NCBI GenBank assembly: GCA_043228905.1
Contig: JBHGNT010000008.1
Span: 12,710,001 to 12,774,000, forward strand
Source: Azolla caroliniana
Lineage: Eukaryota > Plantae > Polypodiophyta
Direction of reading: 5' to 3'
Length of the DNA stretch: 64,000 nt
Part shown: piece after piece, positions 57,983 through 64,000 of the stretch
Position numbering within the stretch: the first letter of the stretch is position 1
Layout of the letters: every line of letters starts with the position of its first letter
Program-made: the position numbers and the translations under genes
The notes under the pieces: model-generated
Seen by the model: only the letters and a program-made list of their open reading frames with translations
What the model was told of the DNA's origin: nothing
Databases searched by the model: none

Positions 57983-59834
57983 TGTCATGAACATGGACTC
58001 GAATTTGAGCCTTGGGCTCTTGTATATATATATTTCTCCTAGAAAAACTTTAGAGTGGTAGGTAAGACTTCGTATGCAAGAATTAGTATGCTTGATATTA
58101 TAATATGTAAGACTTAGCATGAGCATGCTTATCATGCATGATTACATGTATAAAAAGGGTTGATCTCCCTTGTTAACATCAAGGAGATCAACACCAGTCA
58201 TGGAATAGATATTCTTACTCATTGTTATCAATTTCTCCATTGCTCTATCTCATCAATTTCCCCATCTCTTTATCTCCCAATTGTTCATCCATGACAGATT
58301 GATCTCCTTCTTTTTCTTCTTTCTCAATACACTATCATGTCAGAATCATCTAGCAACCTTGAGCAAATTTTGGTGGTCCTGCAAAAACTCCAACATGAGA
58401 ATGCGAACTTGCGAAACTCTGTTCAAGAACTTCAAGCAGCCACAACGGTTATACCTCACTCAATTGTTGACCCTTCTAATGTAGAACCCAATGTCAGCTT
58501 GCTAGACAAATTCGATGGAACAAGGTCGCGGTTAAGAGGCTTCATCAACCAAATCCGCCTTATTATTTGTCTTCAGCCCCGACGATATTCTGATGGCTTT
58601 TGACAAGTTGGACTCATCAACACGTTGTTGACAGGACAAGCGCAAGCCTAGTTTGCCCCTCTGGTGGAGATCTTTTCGCCTCTCTTGAATGACTTCCAAG
58701 CATTTCTTACCGAATTTGAGGCAACTTTCGGGGAGACGAAAAACGACGAGCCGCGCTCAACAAACTATATGCATTACAACAAGGAGAACGTGCGGCATCA
58801 ATCTATGCATCTGAATTTCGTCAACTTGCGTGCGATGTCGAATGGGAGGAAGAAGCCCTCGATCAATTCCGTCGAGGATTACGAGGTGAGATAAAAAATC
58901 TTTTGCTTAACTTTCCTAAGCCCACATTTGTGAATGAGGCTATTTCCCAAGTTGTGCGCTGCGATAATTGTCTCTTTGAGTTCCGGCAAGAGGAACGTCC
59001 TCACCAGATCCATCCACCTTGGCTAGTCGCTACACGAAGTTAGTTACCGTGGTTGACAACCCCGCCTCCCATGTAATCCTCCACGTCGGCTTCAACTCCC
59101 GCCATAGATTCTAGCCCCCCAATGGAGATAGATCGAATTCATTATCGACCATTGACTAACGCGCAACGACAAAATTGACGTGCCAACAATTTATGTCTCT
59201 ATTGTGGCGGCCCCGACCATTTGATTCGCTCTTGCCCAAAAAAGGGACCCCGTCAAACACTACATCGTGTGGATGGGGTTGACATTTTCTACCAAAAGGA
59301 AAACTCCAACGTCTAGTTGCAGTAGGAGCTGTGCATCTGGACCACAAGAGTCAACAATTGTGTCAAGGGCCCAATCAACGAACTTCCTCAACAACAAGCT
59401 TCACGCTTCCGATCACTCTTCAGTTTGGCTCTACCACTCTAAAGACAAAAACTTTGTTGGATTCTAGGGCTGCATCATGCTTTATTGACATCATGTTTGC
59501 ACAGGCACACAACATTCCAAGCAACAAAATAACTGTCCTGATTCCAGTTGAAGTGATCGGCGGTCAAACGCTCTCTTTTGGTGCAATCACAGATACAACA
59601 ATTCCCAATTCCCTTGAGACTCCACATAGGAGCCCACCATGAAGAAATCATTTCTAACCTCATCACATCACCTCAACCTCCTATCATCTTGGGGTTATCA
59701 TGGCTCAAGACTCACAATCCAATCGTGGATTGACGATCTCGGTCCATCGAATTCACCTCAAATTCTTGCCCACAAGGGATTACTTCCACTCTTCTTCGAG
59801 CCAATGCTCCGCCATTTTTTTGGCCGCCTACTTC

Positions 59835-60030
59835 GGTGAGGACCATGTCAACAGTTGCTCCAACTTATGTTTCGGGGAGCACTCTCATTTCTGCTCCGGT
59901 GAGGACCGCTTCAATGGTTGCTCCCACTCATGTTTCGGGGGCAAGTCCCATTTCTGCTCTGGTGAGGAACACGTTAGCAATTGCTCCCATTTCCTCTTCA
60001 GCAAGAACCATGTCAATGGTTGCTCCAATA
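59835..60030. repeat. 63-bp tandem repeat (about 3 copies) in the PR-RT spacer
   Basis: GGTGAGGA at 59835, 59898 and 59961. Confidence 0.85.
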
Positions 60031-60244
60031 GAAACAACATCGACATTTACTTCCACATCGGCCTCAGAAACAATTTCCACTCTTGCTCGGGTAAGTGATA
60101 TAGTGTTGATTGCATCCATTTCTAATTCTAAGGACATGGAGGTCATGTCCACTCTAGACACTACCCTATGTACTAGCTCTTTTCCATCAAAATACAATGA
60201 TTTCTTTGATGTATTTGAGAAGAAAAATGATGATCGCCTGCTTG

Positions 60245-60660
60245 AACATCACCCATAGGATTGTCCAATTGACCTGAAAGATGGTGCTTGTCCTCCTTTT
60301 GGCCCTATCTATAGGTTATCTGAGCCTAAACTCAAGGCCCTCAAAATATACATTGAAGGGAATCTTGCAAAGGCATTCATTCGCCACTCAAAATCTCCAG
60401 TTGGCTCTCCTATTCTATTTGTCAAAAAGAAAGATGGAATGTTACGCTTGCCTAAACATCGTCCATACGATTGTCCAATTGACTTGAAAGATGGTGCTTG
60501 TCCTCCTTTTGGCCTTATCTATGGCTTATTTGAACCTGAACTCAAGGCCCTCAAAATATACATTGAAGAGAATGTCGCAAAGGGATACATTCGCCACTCA
60601 AAATCTCCAGTTGGCTCTCCTATTCTATTTGTCAAAAACAAAGATGGAACGTTACGCCTA
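60245..60660. repeat. 210-bp tandem duplication of the RT N-terminal segment
   Basis: TTGTCCAATTGAC..AAAGATGGAA..TTACGC occurs twice, 210 bp apart. Confidence 0.92.
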
Positions 60661-61102
60661 TGTATCGATTATCGCGGGATCAATCGAGTCACTGTTTAAA
60701 ACCGCTATACACTACCTCTAATCCTCGAACTCCTCGACCAACTTCGGGTTGGGCGTATATTCTCCAAAATCGATCTCAGAGGCGCCTACAACTTGGTGCA
60801 TATCAAGATCAAAGATGATTGGAAAACAACATTTCGAACCAGGTATGGGCATTTTGAATGCATGGTAATGCCCTTTGATTTCACACAACACTCCTGCCAT
60901 TTTTCAACATATGATGAATGACATCTTCTGAGAATATCTGGACCAATTTGTGGTCATCTATCTCAACGACATACTTATCTTCTCACAAGACTACATAGAG
61001 CACACCAAGCATGTCTGACTTACCTTGTCCAAACTTCGGGAACATGGACTTTATGCGAAACCTGAGAACTATGAGTTTGATCGAACCTCAGCGGAATTCC
61101 TG

Positions 61103-61503
61103 TTGATTGCTCCCTACAATCAACATATCGTCGACGTATAGGATCAGATAGATCTTGGACTTGTCGGCCAGTTGTCGAACATACATGCGTGGGTTGGAGT
61201 CTGATCGGTTGTATCCAAGCTGTCGTATGTGGGAGTCAAATTACTGGTACCACATCCTCAACGCTTGTTTCAGGCCATATAGACTTTTCTTCAGTCTGCA
61301 TATGAGGTGATTGTCCTCCCCTGTCACCGTTAAGCCTGCAGGTTGAGACATGTATATGTCTTCTTCCATATCTTCATGTAGGAATGTCGTCTTTACGTCC
61401 ATCTGCTCGAGCTCTACATCTTCTGTCGCCACGACTCCTAGTAGGAGTCAGAGGGTGGTCATCTTGACTACTGGTGAGAATATCTCGTCGTAGTCAACCT
61501 CGT
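61103..61503 (-). pseudogene. Copia RT fragment
   Basis: DYDEIFSPVVK, EQMDVKTTFL, LKKSLYGLKQA, IYVDDM. Confidence 0.88.
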
Positions 61504-64000
61504 TGTCGTGTTGTTACAGGCGTGCGTGGAGAACGAGGCGGGACCACCAGGGCCTCGGACAGAGAAATAACCGAATGAGGGGAGGGGAAGGAAACTAACG
61601 ATGTAATTCACACACGCACGGACCCACAGAATCACAGGGATTGCAACTAGCTACAGAACGTGAGATGGAGACAGAACGAATGTTTATGCATATATAAATC
61701 AAGGTGTTACAACCGGCAAGCAAGCGAGTGATGGGCTCCGACACCTACGCACACACACACATAGAACGCGAGATGGAGGCTCTGCCGAGAGCACTCGGGC
61801 GTCCTGTGGAGCAGAGTCAACCTCCCGAAACCTACACAGAACGATTATGGAGACGACATAGGAGAGGAGAAGCGCTCAGTTCCAGTCCGGCAGCACTTCG
61901 TCCTCCACAAAACGCGATATCTTTCCCTCACTTCTCCCTCTCTTTTATAACCCAAGGAGGGAGGTTGTTACCACTCGTTACATCATGTTTATTCCCTGTC
62001 CTTTCGGACAGGGATACGCCTCGATTTCCTCCCTACCGAACGCGTACTACCTAGGATTTCGTCTCAGGCGACTTGTACCTACCTACGTACTATACAACAA
62101 AACTTGTGCCCACGTGTAAGAGCAAGTTTACGCACGTTATACCCGGTTTCCACCTAGGGACGGTTTTCTCCACGACATCCGCCCCTACCTAACCGCGCAT
62201 CCACCGGTATGCGCCAAAATCAGACTCTTGCCGGAGAAGACCAGCCCACGCTTATCCTTCGTCTCCTGGATCGGCATCCGTTCCGAGCCGGTCATTGTCG
62301 CTATCCAAGTCGCCTTTTGAAGGCCTTGATCCTTTTTCCCGCCACCGATACCGCCATCCTTGCCCCGTCGAGCTCTGCGAGATGGTAGGTCCCATTGTCG
62401 TTGGCGCTCGTAACCACATAAGGCCCGAACCACCTTCTTGCAAACTTCCGCGTTGCCCGGTGATGGTTGTCGAGGTTGTTGTCATACACTAGGACCCAGT
62501 CTCCTTCCTCGATCTTCTTTGGCCTCAATCGGTGAGTCCGGTTGAACCGTCCTTTGTTCTTTATCCTCGCCGCTCGTAACTTCTCCGTGGCTTGGTCCAC
62601 GTCCTTCGGTCTTCGTTCTAGCTGCCGAATCCGTGCCGCTAACAGCTCCTCCCGGCTCATCTCGTTGTTCCAGTCCACCGTGGCCCATGAGGAGATTGTC
62701 TGCTCCGTTGGCATGATCGGCTTCTGCCCGTACATTTGCTCTGCCGGCATGAACCCGGTTACCGAACTGTGCGTAGTTCGGTCCGCCCACAACGCATAGG
62801 GTAAGAGCCGCGGCCAATTACCGACATGGCCTCCACACGCCCGTACCAACGCTTTGACGATCGGTCCGTGTCCGCGCTCCACCTTCCCTTTAGCCTCCGG
62901 ATGTACGCCGTGGTGAGCGAGAGTTTAATTCCTAGCCGGTCAAATAGCTCTTCTGCCTCTTGCGCGTCCAATTCCCCGCGGTCGGCCACGATCTTACCTA
63001 CGCACCCGTACCGGCATACCACTTCTTCGATCAGAAATCGGCACACAACCGCGGTCGTTTTGCTCTGCAACGCTTGGCCTTCCACCTGGTTCGTCAGGTC
63101 TTCCCGAGCCAGCACCAGATACCGCATCTGCCCTACCCCCATCGGCATCGTCACCAGATCCACCATTCACTTGAAGTGAACGATCGGAGGGTAGGTCGGG
63201 TGAAGCTCGTCCCGATGTCAGACTACGGAGTGCACCTGACAGCTTTCGCAAGTCGTCACGAACCGATGCACGTCCCGGTATAGCCCTGGCCACCAGTACT
63301 TCCCCTTTAGCTTCTCGAATGTGGCCCACGTCCCGCGGTGTCCGGCCTAGGGACTCTCGTGGTACGTTGTCAACAATTCTTCCCGTTCCTCTTTCTTCGC
63401 CACCACTTGGAGCGGGATGCCGTTTCTCTTCTTCGGGTGCTTCCATATGCTCCCATCCCGTAGGAAGAATCGGTACGCTTTCTTCCGAATCCGGTTGGCC
63501 TCTTCCTTCGTCCATGTCGCGTCCGGTGTCATTGTCTTCAGGAACCCGCCGATATGGAGCCACTCCCCATTGTACTTGCTCTCGTCGAATTCGTTAAGCG
63601 CCGGAGTGCTCCCCTTTCTTGTTGTTATGTTAGCTGACCTGAAGAAGTCCTCGCCGACTTCTTCGTTATCCGAAACCATGTTGTCCTGGTCGTTGAACCT
63701 CGCTCTTGAAAGCATATCGGCCATGGCGTTATCCTTTCCGGAGATGTGCCGTATCTCTGGGTTTAGGGACTTGATGTACGCGATCCACCTGAGCATCGCC
63801 AGGTCCAGAGTCGCGCATCCGGAAACCATACCCAGAATCGGTAGGCAGTCCGTCTCGATGATCACTTCCGTCCTGATCAGATAGTCCTTGTCGGCCTTAA
63901 CTGCCGAAACGATACCCCATAGCTCGCGCTTGATTTGGGTGTATCCTCACTGCCGCTCGCTCAATACCTTTGCCCCGAACCGGATCGGGAACTGCACGCC
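61504..64000 (-). mobile_element. 3' part of gypsy G3, a close relative of G2: RH-INT, PPT 62178-62194, 3' LTR 61504-62177
   Basis: Translations closely match 33640-35396. Termini TGTCGTG..CACGACA. Confidence 0.93.

Larger units (their letters stand above)
57983..61102 (+). mobile_element. 5' half of a Tcn1-like chromovirus: 5' LTR 57983-58296, gag, CCHC, PR, RT (degenerate)
   Basis: Termini [79 protein letters not shown]. No tRNA-like PBS. Confidence 0.88.

Overview
Repeat-rich nuclear DNA of a land plant. The Tcn1-like chromoviruses and tRNA-Trp-primed gypsy elements suggest a seed-free plant such as a fern or lycophyte, but this is inference. About 80% of the window is nested LTR retrotransposons. 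There are three full-length Ty1/copia elements with paired LTRs and 5-bp TSDs (3068-8850; 11641-16991, which keeps an intact 1360-aa polyprotein; 50352-56188). There is one full-length tRNA-Trp-primed Ty3/gypsy element (28472-36098) carrying a solo copia LTR, three partial relatives of it, two Tcn1-like chromovirus remnants and many copia fragments. The only intact host gene is a 13-exon organellar glutamyl-tRNA synthetase (36713-45065, +, 607 aa). An intronless, dead IDD zinc-finger gene fragment is split by a copia insertion. Best candidates for new biology: (1) a -1 ribosomal frameshift cassette (G_GAU_UUU, 6-nt spacer, H-type pseudoknot with a compensatory base change) placed after the protease in two divergent gypsy elements, which also share non-canonical D-H-G protease and FLDD RT motifs; (2) a Tf1-type self-priming structure in a chromovirus LTR; (3) a long basic C-terminal extension of a copia Pol; (4) hairpins that hold the PPT in their loop in several unrelated elements. 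All coordinates were read by eye and no database searches were run.
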